Below, piece by piece: positions 43,223 through 53,013 of a stretch of 64,000 nucleotides of DNA. This stretch comes from Streptosporangiaceae bacterium. Lineage in GTDB: Bacteria; Actinomycetota; Actinomycetes; Streptosporangiales; Streptosporangiaceae. The notes beneath the pieces were generated by a model. It had not been told where the DNA came from. It ran no database searches and saw nothing but the letters and a program-made list of their open reading frames with translations. The stretch is taken from assembly GCA_036497945.1 (NCBI GenBank), contig DASXIN010000023.1:54140-118139 (forward strand). The letters run 5' to 3'. The position numbers and the translations under genes are program-made. Position 1 is the stretch's first letter, and the number at the start of each line of letters is the position of its first letter.

Positions 43223-44521
43223 TCAGCCGAGGGCGGCGGCGGCGGCGCGGGCGGCGGCGGGCAGCGCGGTGGCGATCCGCTCCACCGCCTCGTCGTCGTG
43301 CGCGGCGGACACGAACCACGCCTCGTAGGGCGACGGCGGCAGGTAGACGCCCTGCTCCAGCATGGCGTGGAAGAACGCCGCGTAGGCCGCGGTGGACTGG
43401 CCGCGGGCCTCGCCGAAGTCACGCACCGCCTGGTCGGTGCCCAGGAACACGGAGAACAGGCTGCCCGCCTCCTGCAGCCGGAACGGTACCCCGGCTGCGC
43501 TCAGCGTGTCGCTGGCCAGCTTGGCGATGCTGGCCGCGACCTCGTCCAACCGCGCGTACACCTCCGGGGTGCAGTTGAGAAGGGTGGCCAGCCCGGCCGC
43601 GGTGGCCAGCGGGTTACCGGACAGCGTGCCGGCCTGGTACACCGGGCCGGTGGGAGCGAGCCGGTCCATGATCTCGGCCCGGCCGCCGAACGCGGCCGCG
43701 GGCAGCCCGCCGCCCATCACCTTGCCGAAGGTGATCAGGTCGCCCTCTACCCCTTCCCGGCCGTACCAGCCGGACGCGGTGACCCGGAACCCGGTCAGCA
43801 CCTCATCCATGATCAGCAGCGCGCCGTGCTCCCGGCACAGCTCGGCCAGCAGGTCGTTGAAGCCGGCTGTCGGGGGCACCACGCCCATGTTGGCCGGGCA
43901 CGCCTCGGTGATCACGCAGGCGATCCGGGAGCCGTGCTCGACGAAGGCCTGGCGCACCGCGAGCGCGTCGTTGTACGGCAGCACCAGGGTGTCCGCGGCC
44001 GCCGCGCCGGTCACCCCGGGCGAGTCGGGCAGCCCGAACGTGGCCACCCCGGAGCCCGCCGCGGCCAGCAGCGCGTCCACGTGCCCGTGGTAGCAGCCGG
44101 CGAACTTCAGCACTATCCGGCGGCCGGTGAACGCGCGGGCCAGCCGCACCGCGGTCATCGTCGCCTCGGTGCCCGAGTTGACCAGCCGGACCTTCTCCAC
44201 CGGGGTGCGCGCGACGATCTCCTCGGCCAGGTCCACTTCACCCGCGGTGGCGGTGCCGAACGAGGTGCCCTTGGCCGCGGCCGCATGCACCGCCTCGGTG
44301 ACCGCCGGGAAGGCGTGGCCGAGGATCATCGGTCCCCAGGAGCAGACCAGGTCCACATACGTACGGCCGTCGACGTCGGTGAGATACGCGCCGCGTCCGG
44401 AAGCCATGAACACCGGCACGCCGCCCACCGAGCCGAACGCCCGGACGGGGGAATTCACCCCGCCAGGGATGACCGCGCTGGCCCGGCTGAACAGCTCGCC
44501 GGATCGGTCCGGGCGTCTCAC
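43223..44521 (-). CDS. hemL: glutamate-1-semialdehyde 2,1-aminomutase
   Basis: Class III aminotransferase. [13 protein letters not shown] and PLP-lysine region [13 protein letters not shown] start directly abuts the upstream stop codon. Confidence 0.95.
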   Translation of the reverse strand: MRRPDRSGELFSRASAVIPGGVNSPVRAFGSVGGVPVFMASGRGAYLTDVDGRTYVDLVCSWGPMILGHAFPAVTEAVHAAAAKGTSFGTATAGEVDLAEEIVARTPVEKVRLVNSGTEATMTAVRLARAFTGRRIVLKFAGCYHGHVDALLAAAGSGVATFGLPDSPGVTGAAAADTLVLPYNDALAVRQAFVEHGSRIACVITEACPANMGVVPPTAGFNDLLAELCREHGALLIMDEVLTGFRVTASGWYGREGVEGDLITFGKVMGGGLPAAAFGGRAEIMDRLAPTGPVYQAGTLSGNPLATAAGLATLLNCTPEVYARLDEVAASIAKLASDTLSAAGVPFRLQEAGSLFSVFLGTDQAVRDFGEARGQSTAAYAAFFHAMLEQGVYLPPSPYEAWFVSAAHDDEAVERIATALPAAARAAAAALG

Positions 44522-45181
44522 CTAGGAGGCCTCCTCTTCGCACGCGTCGGCCAGGAACTCCAGCAGGCGCAGGGCATCGGGCAGCAGGTCAGGACCATCG
44601 GGGGGCGGCGGGATCAGCCAGCGGGCCGGGCTGCCGAACGGTTCACGGGACGGCGGGGCGAGCACGAAGCTGTTCCGGCAGTGCCAGCGCAGGCCGGCCA
44701 CCTCGCCGACGTCTTCCGGGGCACAGTCCAGCTGGCTGGACCACCACTCGTCCTCATCCTCGGGGGCACCCCGGGTGGCCACGAAGAACAGGACCCGGCC
44801 GGCCCCGGCGGCCACCGGCCCGGGCTGCACGGCGGCCTGGCGCATCGCGTCCAGCGCCGCGGTGCCCGCTGGGGCGGGCACGTCGAGCACGTCGAACACC
44901 CGACCGGTGGGCAGCACGATGTTGGCCACCGGGTGGTCGGCCCAGCGCTGCCGGACCTTGCCCGGCTCACAGCTGGCCAGCAGCTGCCAGGCGGGGGACA
45001 TCGGGTGTGCCGCGGGTGCCGGGCAGCCGACCCGGTCGCAGGAACAGGCCCGGCCCGCGTTCTGGCTGGGTGGGTACGCGCCGAGGCAGACCGGCCAGCC
45101 GAGCCGCGCGTACCCGGCGGCGGCCGCGGCTAGCCGCCCGGCGTTCCGGCGCCGGTTCCGGCGTAGTACCGGTGCGACCAT
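44522..45181 (-). CDS. Prim-Pol (bifunctional DNA primase/polymerase N-terminal)-like domain protein, catalytic motif apparently degenerate
   Basis: YARLGWPVCLG, CSCDRVGCPAPAAHP and HPVANIVLPTGRVFDVLDVP follow the Prim-Pol pattern. LDVD (DxD) is replaced by LDVP. Confidence 0.7.
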   Translation of the reverse strand: MVAPVLRRNRRRNAGRLAAAAAGYARLGWPVCLGAYPPSQNAGRACSCDRVGCPAPAAHPMSPAWQLLASCEPGKVRQRWADHPVANIVLPTGRVFDVLDVPAPAGTAALDAMRQAAVQPGPVAAGAGRVLFFVATRGAPEDEDEWWSSQLDCAPEDVGEVAGLRWHCRNSFVLAPPSREPFGSPARWLIPPPPDGPDLLPDALRLLEFLADACEEEAS

Positions 45182-45366
45182 CAGGCTCCACTTCCCGCGA
45201 CGGCAATGTTAGCGCTCTCCCTTACTGATGATGGCGGGCCGGCCACGCTCCGCGCAGGCCGACTCCCCGGGAAATGCCGACATGTTGCCGAACGGAGACC
45301 CCCCACTAGCCCCCTCATTCCCCCCTCAGCGCTTCCGTCACGTAGGCCCGGCTGGTCCCAGGCCGG

Positions 45367-46350
45367 TCAGCTCAGCCGACGGGCCAGCTCAGCGGCCCAG
45401 TAGGTGAGGATGATGCTCGCTCCGGCCCGGCGGATCCCGGTCACCGTCTCCATGATGATCCGGTCCCGGTCCAGCCAGCCGTTGGCCGCGGCCGCCTCCA
45501 CCATCGCGTACTCGCCGCTCACCTGGTACGCAGCCACCGGCACCGGCACGTTGGCCGCCGCCTCGGCGATCACGTCGAGATAGGGCAGCGCGGGCTTGAC
45601 CATCACGATGTCCGCGCCCTCGGCCACGTCCAGCAGGATCTCGCGGAGCGCGTCGCCGGCCCGCGGGTCCTGCTGGTAGGAGGCCCGGTCGCCGAACTGC
45701 GGCGCGCACTCGGCCGCGTCACGGAACGGCCCGTAGAATGCGGAGGCGTACTTGGCCGAGTAGGCGCAGATGGCCACCTCGGCATAGCCGGCCTGGTCCA
45801 GCGCGGCCCGGATCGCGGCTACCTGGCCGTCCATCATCCCGCTGGGCGCGACCACGTGCGCCCCGGCCGCGGCCTGGGCGACGGCGATCGACGCGTACCG
45901 CTCCAGCGTCGCGTCGTTGTCCACCTCGCCCGCCGGGGTGAGCAGGCCGCAGTGGCCGTGGTCGGTGTACTCGTCCAGGCACAGGTCGGCCATCAGCACG
46001 GTGCCGTCGCCCACCTCGGCGGCCAGGTCGGCCAGGGCCAGGTTGAGGATCCCGGCCGGGTCGTTGGCCGCCGAGCCGGGGCCGTCCTTGACCGCCGGGA
46101 TGCCGAACAGGACCAGCCCGCCGACCCCGGCCTCGGTCGCCTCGACGGCCGCCTTGCGCAGGCTGTCCCGTGTGTGCTGGACCACCCCCGGCATCGACGC
46201 GACCGGCTGCGGCTCGCTGATGCCCTCCTTGACGAACATCGGCAAGAGCAGGTCCGACGGCTGCACGCTGGTCTGCGCGACCAGGCGGCGCAGCGCGGCG
46301 GTGCGGCGCAGCCGCCGCGGCCGCGCGGCCGGGAAGCCCGCCGTGGTCAC
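45367..46350 (-). CDS. hemB: porphobilinogen synthase (delta-aminolevulinate dehydratase)
   Basis: RPRRLR N-terminus, MVKPALPYLD active-site lysine region, YQVSGEYAM, 327 aa. Confidence 0.95.
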   Translation of the reverse strand: MTTAGFPAARPRRLRRTAALRRLVAQTSVQPSDLLLPMFVKEGISEPQPVASMPGVVQHTRDSLRKAAVEATEAGVGGLVLFGIPAVKDGPGSAANDPAGILNLALADLAAEVGDGTVLMADLCLDEYTDHGHCGLLTPAGEVDNDATLERYASIAVAQAAAGAHVVAPSGMMDGQVAAIRAALDQAGYAEVAICAYSAKYASAFYGPFRDAAECAPQFGDRASYQQDPRAGDALREILLDVAEGADIVMVKPALPYLDVIAEAAANVPVPVAAYQVSGEYAMVEAAAANGWLDRDRIIMETVTGIRRAGASIILTYWAAELARRLS

Positions 46351-47972
46351 CGCAGCCGCCGCCGGGCGCCCCGGCGCCGCTCGCTGGGCTTGCGTACCGG
46401 TTCGCCGGCCGTGATGGCCGACTCACGGACCGCGGCCGCGTGCTCGGCCAGCGCGTCCACCAGGGCGGTGGCCGACGGGCGCGGTGCCTTGACGTCCACC
46501 CGCAGGCCGAACTCGGCGGCGGTCTGCGCGGTCTGCGGCCCGATCACCGCGATCACCGTGACCGCGTGCGGCTTGCCCGCGATGCCGATCAGGTTCCGCA
46601 CCGTGGAGGAGGAGGTGAACAGTACGGCGTCGAACCCGCCGCCCTTGATCGCCTCGCGGATCGGGGCGGGCGGCGGCGCGGCCCGCACCGTGCGGTAGGC
46701 GGTCACGTCCTCCGCCTCCCAGCCCAGTTCGGTGAGCCGGGCGACCAGCGTCTCGGTGGCGATGTCGGCCCGGGGTAGCAGCACCCGGTTGATCGGGTCC
46801 ATCGCGCTGTCGTAGGGCTGCCAGGCCGCCGCCAGCCCTTCCCCGGACTGGTCGCCTTCGGGGATCAGATCCGGCTTGATGCCGAAGGCCAGCAGCGCCT
46901 TCCCGGTCTGCTCGCCGACCGCGGCCACCTTGACGCCGGCGAAGGCCCGCGCGTCGAGACCGTACTCCTCCAGTTTCTCGCGCACCGCGCGGACCGCGTT
47001 GGCCGAGGTGAACGCGACCCACTGGTACCGCCCGGTGACCAGTCCCTTGACCGCGCGCTCCATCTGCTGCGGGGTGCGCGGCGGCTCGACCGCGATGGTC
47101 GGCACCTCCTCCGGCACCGCGCCGTAGGCGCGCAACCGCTGCGATACCGAGCCGGCCTGCTCCTTGGTCCGCGGCACCAGCACCCGCCAGCCGAACAGCG
47201 GCTTGGTCTCGAACCAGGACAGTTCCTGGTGCGCCCCGGCCGTCTCACCGACCACACCCACGGCGGGCCCGGTCTCGGTGAGCAGGTTCACCCCGGCCGT
47301 CTTGAGGTCGGCGGTCACCGAGCCCAGGTGGCAGCGCACGGTGAGCTGGTCGGTGGTGGTCCCGCACCAGGTGATGGTGAACGGGGTCCGCTCCGGCCAG
47401 CCCGCCGCGAGCAGCATCTTGGCCAGGTCGGCCGGGCCGGCCTCGACGCCCAGGATGACCAGGCTGCGCGGCGGCGCGGCGTCGGCCGAGAGCCGGCTCA
47501 CGTCCGACGCGTCGATGATCCGGATGTCCCCGCCCGGCTCCGCGGTCAGCGGGATCCCGGCGTAGGCGGGCACCGCGGTGGCGGCAGGCACGCCCGGCAC
47601 GATCTCGAACCGGACCTTGGCCTTGGCGCACGCCGCGATGTGCCCGGCGGCCGGCCCGAAGAGCAGCGGGTCGCCGCGGTAGGCGGCCACCGCGAGCCGG
47701 CCCGCCCGGGCCGCGCCGATCAGCAGGCCGGGCTCGCTGTCCAGGTCGGCCACGTCGCGGATGTCCGCGTCGGCGGGCAGCAACTGGCGGAGCTGCTCGA
47801 TGACCTCTGGGCTGCCCGCCACCAGGTCCGCCCGGCCGAGCAGCTCGGCGGCGCGGACGGTGAGCAGGTCGGTGCTGCCCGGGCCGGTGCCCACGAACGC
47901 CACCAGCCCGGGCTGGCCCGCGTGTCCGGCGGTGCCGGCCTGCGCTGTGTCCTGTTTTGATCTCTGACTCAT
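46347..47972 (-). CDS. bifunctional uroporphyrinogen-III C-methyltransferase / uroporphyrinogen-III synthase
   Basis: N-terminal tetrapyrrole methylase motif FVGTGPGSTDLLTVRA. C-terminal HemD-like half (VLVPRTKEQAG ... AFTSANAVR). Confidence 0.9.
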   Translation of the reverse strand: MSQRSKQDTAQAGTAGHAGQPGLVAFVGTGPGSTDLLTVRAAELLGRADLVAGSPEVIEQLRQLLPADADIRDVADLDSEPGLLIGAARAGRLAVAAYRGDPLLFGPAAGHIAACAKAKVRFEIVPGVPAATAVPAYAGIPLTAEPGGDIRIIDASDVSRLSADAAPPRSLVILGVEAGPADLAKMLLAAGWPERTPFTITWCGTTTDQLTVRCHLGSVTADLKTAGVNLLTETGPAVGVVGETAGAHQELSWFETKPLFGWRVLVPRTKEQAGSVSQRLRAYGAVPEEVPTIAVEPPRTPQQMERAVKGLVTGRYQWVAFTSANAVRAVREKLEEYGLDARAFAGVKVAAVGEQTGKALLAFGIKPDLIPEGDQSGEGLAAAWQPYDSAMDPINRVLLPRADIATETLVARLTELGWEAEDVTAYRTVRAAPPPAPIREAIKGGGFDAVLFTSSSTVRNLIGIAGKPHAVTVIAVIGPQTAQTAAEFGLRVDVKAPRPSATALVDALAEHAAAVRESAITAGEPVRKPSERRRGARRRLR

Positions 47973-48910
47973 GCATCGTCCCCATTGCTGAGGTGTTCCG
48001 AAGACAGGGCCAGGAACCGCGCTGCGCCCTGGCGGAGCAGCTCGGCCGCCACATCACCGCCGAGGCGGGCGGCCTCGGATGCCGGGGCACTGGCACTGGC
48101 CCGCACCGCTGATTCCCCGTCGACGGCCGCGATCACGGCCGTCACGTGCAGCAACTTCGTTCCGGCAGCATACGCGCCCACCGGCGCGCTGCACCCGGCG
48201 CGCAACGCGGCCAGCACGGCTCGCTCCGCGGTCACCGCGGCCCGGCTGACCGGATCGTCCACGCTGGACAGCAATTCGGCCAGCCGCGTGTCGCCGTCGC
48301 GGCACTCCACCGCGAGCGCGCCCTGCCCGGGGGCGGGCAGCATCTCCTCCGGCTCGAATACCTGGGTCACCGCGTCCATCCGGCCGATGCGGGCCAGCCC
48401 GGCGCAGGCCAGCAGCACCGCGTCCAGCTCGCCGGACGTCACCTTGCCCAGCCGGGTGCCCGCGTTGCCGCGGACCGGCACCGGCTGTACGTCCGGGCGG
48501 AGCAGCCGGAGCTGGGCGGCACGGCGTGGCGAGCCGGTGCCGATCCGGGCGCCGGACGGCAGGTCGGCGAACTTGGCCCCGTCCCGGCCGATCAGTGCGT
48601 CCCGGGCGTCGTCCCGGGTCGGCACCGCGGCCAGCACCAGCCCGGGCACCGGCCCGACCGGCAGGTCCTTGAGCGAGTGCACGGCCAGGTCGATCCCCCC
48701 GGCCAGCAGGGTCTCCCGCAGCGCGCTGACGAACACCCCGGTGCCGCCGATCTGAGCCAGGTCGGCCCGGGTGACGTCGCCGAAGGTGGTCAGCCCGACC
48801 AGTTCCACCGCGGCCCCGGTCCGCTCGGTGATGAGCCGGGCTACCTGGCCGGCCTGGGCCATGGCCATCGGGCTCTTCCGGGTGCCCAGACGCAGTGGCG
48901 GCTGGTTCAT
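47969..48910 (-). CDS. hemC: hydroxymethylbilane synthase (porphobilinogen deaminase)
   Basis: LRLGTRKSPMAMAQA N-terminus, RGNAGTRL, dipyrromethane Cys region LRAGCSAPVG. Confidence 0.95.
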   Translation of the reverse strand: MNQPPLRLGTRKSPMAMAQAGQVARLITERTGAAVELVGLTTFGDVTRADLAQIGGTGVFVSALRETLLAGGIDLAVHSLKDLPVGPVPGLVLAAVPTRDDARDALIGRDGAKFADLPSGARIGTGSPRRAAQLRLLRPDVQPVPVRGNAGTRLGKVTSGELDAVLLACAGLARIGRMDAVTQVFEPEEMLPAPGQGALAVECRDGDTRLAELLSSVDDPVSRAAVTAERAVLAALRAGCSAPVGAYAAGTKLLHVTAVIAAVDGESAVRASASAPASEAARLGGDVAAELLRQGAARFLALSSEHLSNGDDA

Positions 48911-50307
48911 GTCTCGTCCTTTGCGGTCGATGGCTCCGCGGCGCCTGCACCGGCCGGGCCTGCCTCGGCCAGCTCGGCGTCACCTGGTGCGGCGTCCGCC
49001 ACGGTCACCGCGTTGACCACGGCGGGATCCAGGTCGAACAGGACCCGGAGCGCGTCTTCGTAAGAATCGCCGCCTGGGGAGCCGGCCAGTTCCTTGACCC
49101 GCACCGTCGGCGCGTGCAGCAGCTTGTCCACCACCCGCCGCATGGCCCGTTCGACCTCATTCAGCATGCCATGATCGGCGGTCCGCAGCCGCCCTTCCAG
49201 CCGGGCCAGTTCCGCGTCCACCACGGTGGCCGCCTTGGCCCGCAGCGCGACCACGGTCGGCGCGACCCGGGCTGCGTGCATGGCGGAGACCCGGCCGGCG
49301 AATTCGTCGGCCACGATGGCCCGGACCGCCGCGATGTCGCTTTCCCGGGCCGCGGCCCGGTATTCTCCGGCGCCGCCCAGCGCGTCCAGGCCGACCACGT
49401 GCACCCCGGGCAGCAGCGCCACGTCCGGGTCCACATCCCGCGGCATGGCCAGGTCGAGCAGCACCAGCGGCCGGCCAGCGGAGCCACTGCGCTGCCGCAG
49501 CGCACTGGCCACCAGCTCGGCGGTGATCACCACCCCGGTGGCCCCGGTGCACGAGATGACCAGGTCTGCCCCGGCCAGCGGCCCGGCCAGGCCGGTCAGC
49601 TCGGCGGTGCTGCCGGCCACCGTGGCCGCCAGCTTCCCGGCCCGGTCCATGGTGCGGTTGGCCACCACAATGTGCGCGGCATCCATCCGGGCCGCGGTGG
49701 TGGTGGCCAGCGAGCTCATCGAGCCGGCCCCGACGATCAGCACGGTCCGCCCAGCCAGACTGTCCGGCGCCTGGCCCAGCCGCTCCAGGGCGGCCGCGAT
49801 GCCCACGCTGACCAGGTTCGTCCCGGCCTGATCGATCCGGGTCTCGGTGTGTGCCCGCTTGCCGGTGCGCAGCGCCAGAGCGCCCAGCTCGCCGAGCCCG
49901 CGGCTCAGCGTCCGCTGCTCGCGGGCGGTGCCGAGGGCCTGCCTGACCTGGCCGAGGATCTGGCTCTCGCCGATCACCATGGAGTCCAGCCCGCAGGCCA
50001 CCGCGAGCAGGTGCTGCACCGCGCGGTCCTCGTAGTGCACGTACAGGTGCGGGGTCAGCTCGCTGAGCGGGATGCCGGAATGCCGGGCCAGCAGGTCGGT
50101 GATGGACGACACGCCGCCGTGGAACTTGTCCACCTCGGCGTAGACCTCGGCCCGGTTGCAGGTGGACACCACGAACGCGCCGGCCACGTTGGGTGCCTGG
50201 GACAGGTCGCGGAGCAGCTTGCCGAGGGCGTCCCCGCTGACCACCGCCCGCTCCAGGATGCTGAGCGAGGCGCTCTTGTGGCTGAGCCCGACCACCAGCA
50301 CGCTCAT
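48907..50307 (-). CDS. hemA: glutamyl-tRNA reductase
   Basis: VVGLSHKSA, STCNRAEVY active-site Cys, NAD-binding GAGSM, VANRT. Confidence 0.95.
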   Translation of the reverse strand: MSVLVVGLSHKSASLSILERAVVSGDALGKLLRDLSQAPNVAGAFVVSTCNRAEVYAEVDKFHGGVSSITDLLARHSGIPLSELTPHLYVHYEDRAVQHLLAVACGLDSMVIGESQILGQVRQALGTAREQRTLSRGLGELGALALRTGKRAHTETRIDQAGTNLVSVGIAAALERLGQAPDSLAGRTVLIVGAGSMSSLATTTAARMDAAHIVVANRTMDRAGKLAATVAGSTAELTGLAGPLAGADLVISCTGATGVVITAELVASALRQRSGSAGRPLVLLDLAMPRDVDPDVALLPGVHVVGLDALGGAGEYRAAARESDIAAVRAIVADEFAGRVSAMHAARVAPTVVALRAKAATVVDAELARLEGRLRTADHGMLNEVERAMRRVVDKLLHAPTVRVKELAGSPGGDSYEDALRVLFDLDPAVVNAVTVADAAPGDAELAEAGPAGAGAAEPSTAKDET

Positions 50308-50999
50308 GGGCTAACCGCCGCCGCTCCATCCGGGGGAACGCGCACCACCGACCTCCGCTGCGCGTGGAAGGCGAGAATCTGCAATTCGATCGACAGGTCG
50401 ACCTTACGCACGTCTACGCCATTGGGCACATTGAGGACTACGGGGGCGAAATTAAGGATGCTGGTTACCCCGGCGGCGACCAGCCGGTCGCACACCGCCT
50501 GGGCGGCGCCCGCCGGGGTGGCGATGACCCCGATGGATACCCGGTACCGGGCGACCACGTCTTCCATCTGGCCTACGTCCAGCACGCCGTGCCCGGCGAT
50601 CTGGGTGCCGACCACATCGGGGTCGAGGTCCAGTACTGCGGCGATACGGAAGCCGCGGGACGCGAAGCCGCCGTAATTGGCCAGTGCCCGGCCCAGATTT
50701 CCGGCGCCGATGATGACGACCGGCCAGTCCTGGGTCAGGCCCAGTTCCCGGGATACCTGGTAGACGAGGTACTCGACGTCATAACCGACTCCCCGGGTGC
50801 CGTAGGAGCCCAGGTGGGAGAGGTCCTTGCGCAGCTTGGCCGAGTTCACCCCGGCCGCGGCGGCCAGTTCTTCGCTGGACACGGTAGGGATGTCCTGCTC
50901 GGCGAAGGCATACAGAACCCTCAGGTACACGGGGAGGCGGGCGATGGTCGCCTCCGGGATGCCCTGGCTTCCGTTCGCAGACACTGAACGGCGTGACAT
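50304..50999 (-). CDS. rex: redox-sensing transcriptional repressor Rex
   Basis: IPEATIARLPVYLRVL winged helix and Rossmann IIGAGNLGRAL. Start at MSRRSV (ATG 50999). 4-nt overlap with hemA, the same rex-hem operon layout as described in Streptomyces. Confidence 0.92.
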   Translation of the reverse strand: MSRRSVSANGSQGIPEATIARLPVYLRVLYAFAEQDIPTVSSEELAAAAGVNSAKLRKDLSHLGSYGTRGVGYDVEYLVYQVSRELGLTQDWPVVIIGAGNLGRALANYGGFASRGFRIAAVLDLDPDVVGTQIAGHGVLDVGQMEDVVARYRVSIGVIATPAGAAQAVCDRLVAAGVTSILNFAPVVLNVPNGVDVRKVDLSIELQILAFHAQRRSVVRVPPDGAAAVSP

Positions 51000-51083
51000 G
51001 CGCCGACGCTCCTGAGGGATCGACCTGCGGGCACTGCGGGCGGCCCAGGTGCCCGCGCGAGACTGCGCCTCAACGGTACGCCC

Positions 51084-51101
51084 TTGTGAACGTTTGCACA
51101 A
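51084..51101. promoter_or_regulatory. Rex operator (ROP) site TTGTGAACGTTTGCACAA
   Basis: Matches the published ROP consensus TTGTGAA-N4-TTCACAA at 17 of 18 positions. Lies 85-102 nt upstream of the rex start. Confidence 0.7.
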
Positions 51102-51115
51102 AGTCAGGCTCTTCT

Positions 51116-51211
51116 CCTTTGCGCCTCCGGGGCGCTTGGACCCGCCGCCTTCCCTCCTCGCTCGTTCCTCGCTCGTCAGTCCAGGCCGGCGGCGCGCCCC
51201 TTCGGCGCGGG
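51116..51211. repeat. interspersed structured repeat, copy C
   Basis: TTTGCGCCTCCGGGG..CGCCGCC-TTCCCTCCTCGCTCGTTCCTCGCTCGTCAGTCCAGGCC-GGCGGCG..CCCCTTCGGCGCGGG. Its edge at 51211 lies 4 nt from the glutaredoxin-like stop codon (51216-51218). Confidence 0.8.
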
Positions 51212-51215
51212 CTGG

Positions 51216-51485
51216 TCAGCTGCTCAGCGCGCTGCGCAGCCGGTCCTCGCTGACCCGCCAGAAGTCGTGCTGCACCCCGTCGATCAGGGTGACCGGGATC
51301 TTGTCCCAGTACGCCTCGAGATCAGCCCCGGACTGGGTGATGTCCCGTTCCTCCCACGGCACGCCGAGATCGGCGGTGACCCTGGTGATCACCTCACGGG
51401 CGGTGTCGCACAGGTGGCAGCCGGGCCGGGACAGCAGGGTGACCCGGTGCCCGGACGGCCCCGGCTCCCCGGCGCCCGCGGTCAC
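51216..51485 (-). CDS. glutaredoxin-like family protein
   Basis: CxxC motif RPGCHLCD in a thioredoxin-fold-sized 89-aa protein. 4-nt overlap with the upstream gene. Confidence 0.85.
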   Translation of the reverse strand: MTAGAGEPGPSGHRVTLLSRPGCHLCDTAREVITRVTADLGVPWEERDITQSGADLEAYWDKIPVTLIDGVQHDFWRVSEDRLRSALSS

Positions 51486-52981
51486 GGCAGCCGCCCGGCG
51501 CGCGGCGCCGGCGCCAGCAAGGACACCTTCGCCTCCCGGACGCCGAGCTCGATCACGTTGGTGGCCAGCATCAGCGGGCGCAGCCGGGCATCGAAATCGG
51601 TCACGTAAGACTTCCGCTGGTGCTCGTCGTAGGCGGCCCGGTCCCGGTACACCTGGTACAGGATCCGCTGCAACGGCGCGGACGGCACGCCGTGCACCAC
51701 GAACACCAGGGTGTCCGGCTCGGTGGTCCGCACCTGCTCGAGCACTGTGCTGGCCAGCCGGTCGAATTTGGCCGCGCCCGATTCGAGCAGAGTGTAGATG
51801 GCGATCTGGCCGTACAGGCGTTCGGTATCCGCCGCCGGGTCGGCCAGCGCGGCGGCGCCCAGCGCAGCCTCGCTGAGCGCGGCCAGCTGCATGCCGGTCT
51901 CCGGTTCGCCGGGCATGCTCTCGGTGGCCGAGGCCGGCCCGGCCGCCGCGTCCCGCGGCCGGGCCGCGGTCTCGTTGTCCCGGTACAGCGCGTCGAAGGA
52001 ACCGGTCACCGGCTCGGCGTCCGGGTCGATGCCTTGCGCGGCGAAGCCGCGGGAATCTCCCTGCGCCGGGAACTCCTGCGAGTCGAAGCCTGGCGCGGCG
52101 AACCCGGCCGAGTCGTAGCCATACCGGTCGCCCTGGTAGGCCGGGTAGGCACCCGAGTCGCCGTACCGGTAACCATCGCGGTACAGGTCCATCGAGTCGT
52201 CCCCGGCGTAGCCCGAGCCCGAGCCCGCGCCCGAACCTGAGCCGTACCCGGACCAGTCCTGCCCGCCACCGGCGGCACCGCGGGCCGGGGCGCCGCGCAG
52301 CGCGGCCAGCTGAACCCGGGCCGCCCGGTCGCCGGCCAGCCAGCCGGCCACCACCGCGACCAGCGACAGCGCGGCATAGCCCGTGTTCACCGGCAGCTTG
52401 ACCAGCAGTCCCTGGGTAGCCAGCGCGGCCACGGCGGCCGCGCCCAGCACGAGCAGCACCGGCCGCCAGCCCGGCTCGTGCCGGGCCCGCAGCCCAGCGG
52501 CGGCCAGCGAGCAGACCACGGCCAGCACGACCACCACCGCGACCACGACCAGGAGGCTAAGCGGGAGGAACTGGAAGTGTGCCCGGGCCAGCGGCCAGGC
52601 CTGGCTGAACGCCTGGTCGCTCAGCACGTCGGTGGCCAGGATCACCGCCGCCACCACGAACAGCCCGGACAGGCACAGCCGGGCGGCGAACCGCATGACC
52701 ATGCCGCGCGCGGCCACCTCGGCCATCCCCCAGGCCAGCGCGAGCGGCGCGATCAGGGCCAGGCCAACCTGTGCGGCCCGGAACGTGGTCGGCCCGAAGC
52801 CGCGGTGGTAGCCGACCGCCTGCGCGGCCAGCCCGATGACCATCCCGGCCAGCGCCAGCACCCAGGCGACCAGGTCCGCCCGCGGGGCCTGAGCGCAGCG
52901 CCGGATCAGCAGGACGGTGCCCACCAGGGCAGCCAGCGTCCCGCCCGCCGCGACGAGGAACGAAATAGACATTGAGACCAT
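51482..52981 (-). CDS. polytopic membrane protein fused to a disordered G/S/Y/D linker and a C-terminal ABM (antibiotic-biosynthesis-monooxygenase/Dabb)-like domain
   Basis: About 7 hydrophobic helices (aa 1-250), a YGSGSGAGSGSGYAGDD...YRYGDSGAYPAYQGDRYGYD linker, and C-terminal LYGQIAIYTLLESGAAKFD...VYRDRAAYDEHQ. Start at ATG 52981 or 52972. Confidence 0.72.
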   Translation of the reverse strand: MVSMSISFLVAAGGTLAALVGTVLLIRRCAQAPRADLVAWVLALAGMVIGLAAQAVGYHRGFGPTTFRAAQVGLALIAPLALAWGMAEVAARGMVMRFAARLCLSGLFVVAAVILATDVLSDQAFSQAWPLARAHFQFLPLSLLVVVAVVVVLAVVCSLAAAGLRARHEPGWRPVLLVLGAAAVAALATQGLLVKLPVNTGYAALSLVAVVAGWLAGDRAARVQLAALRGAPARGAAGGGQDWSGYGSGSGAGSGSGYAGDDSMDLYRDGYRYGDSGAYPAYQGDRYGYDSAGFAAPGFDSQEFPAQGDSRGFAAQGIDPDAEPVTGSFDALYRDNETAARPRDAAAGPASATESMPGEPETGMQLAALSEAALGAAALADPAADTERLYGQIAIYTLLESGAAKFDRLASTVLEQVRTTEPDTLVFVVHGVPSAPLQRILYQVYRDRAAYDEHQRKSYVTDFDARLRPLMLATNVIELGVREAKVSLLAPAPRAGRLP

Positions 52982-53013
52982 GGTGCACGACCCGGGCCGG
53001 TCATGCGGACCAG

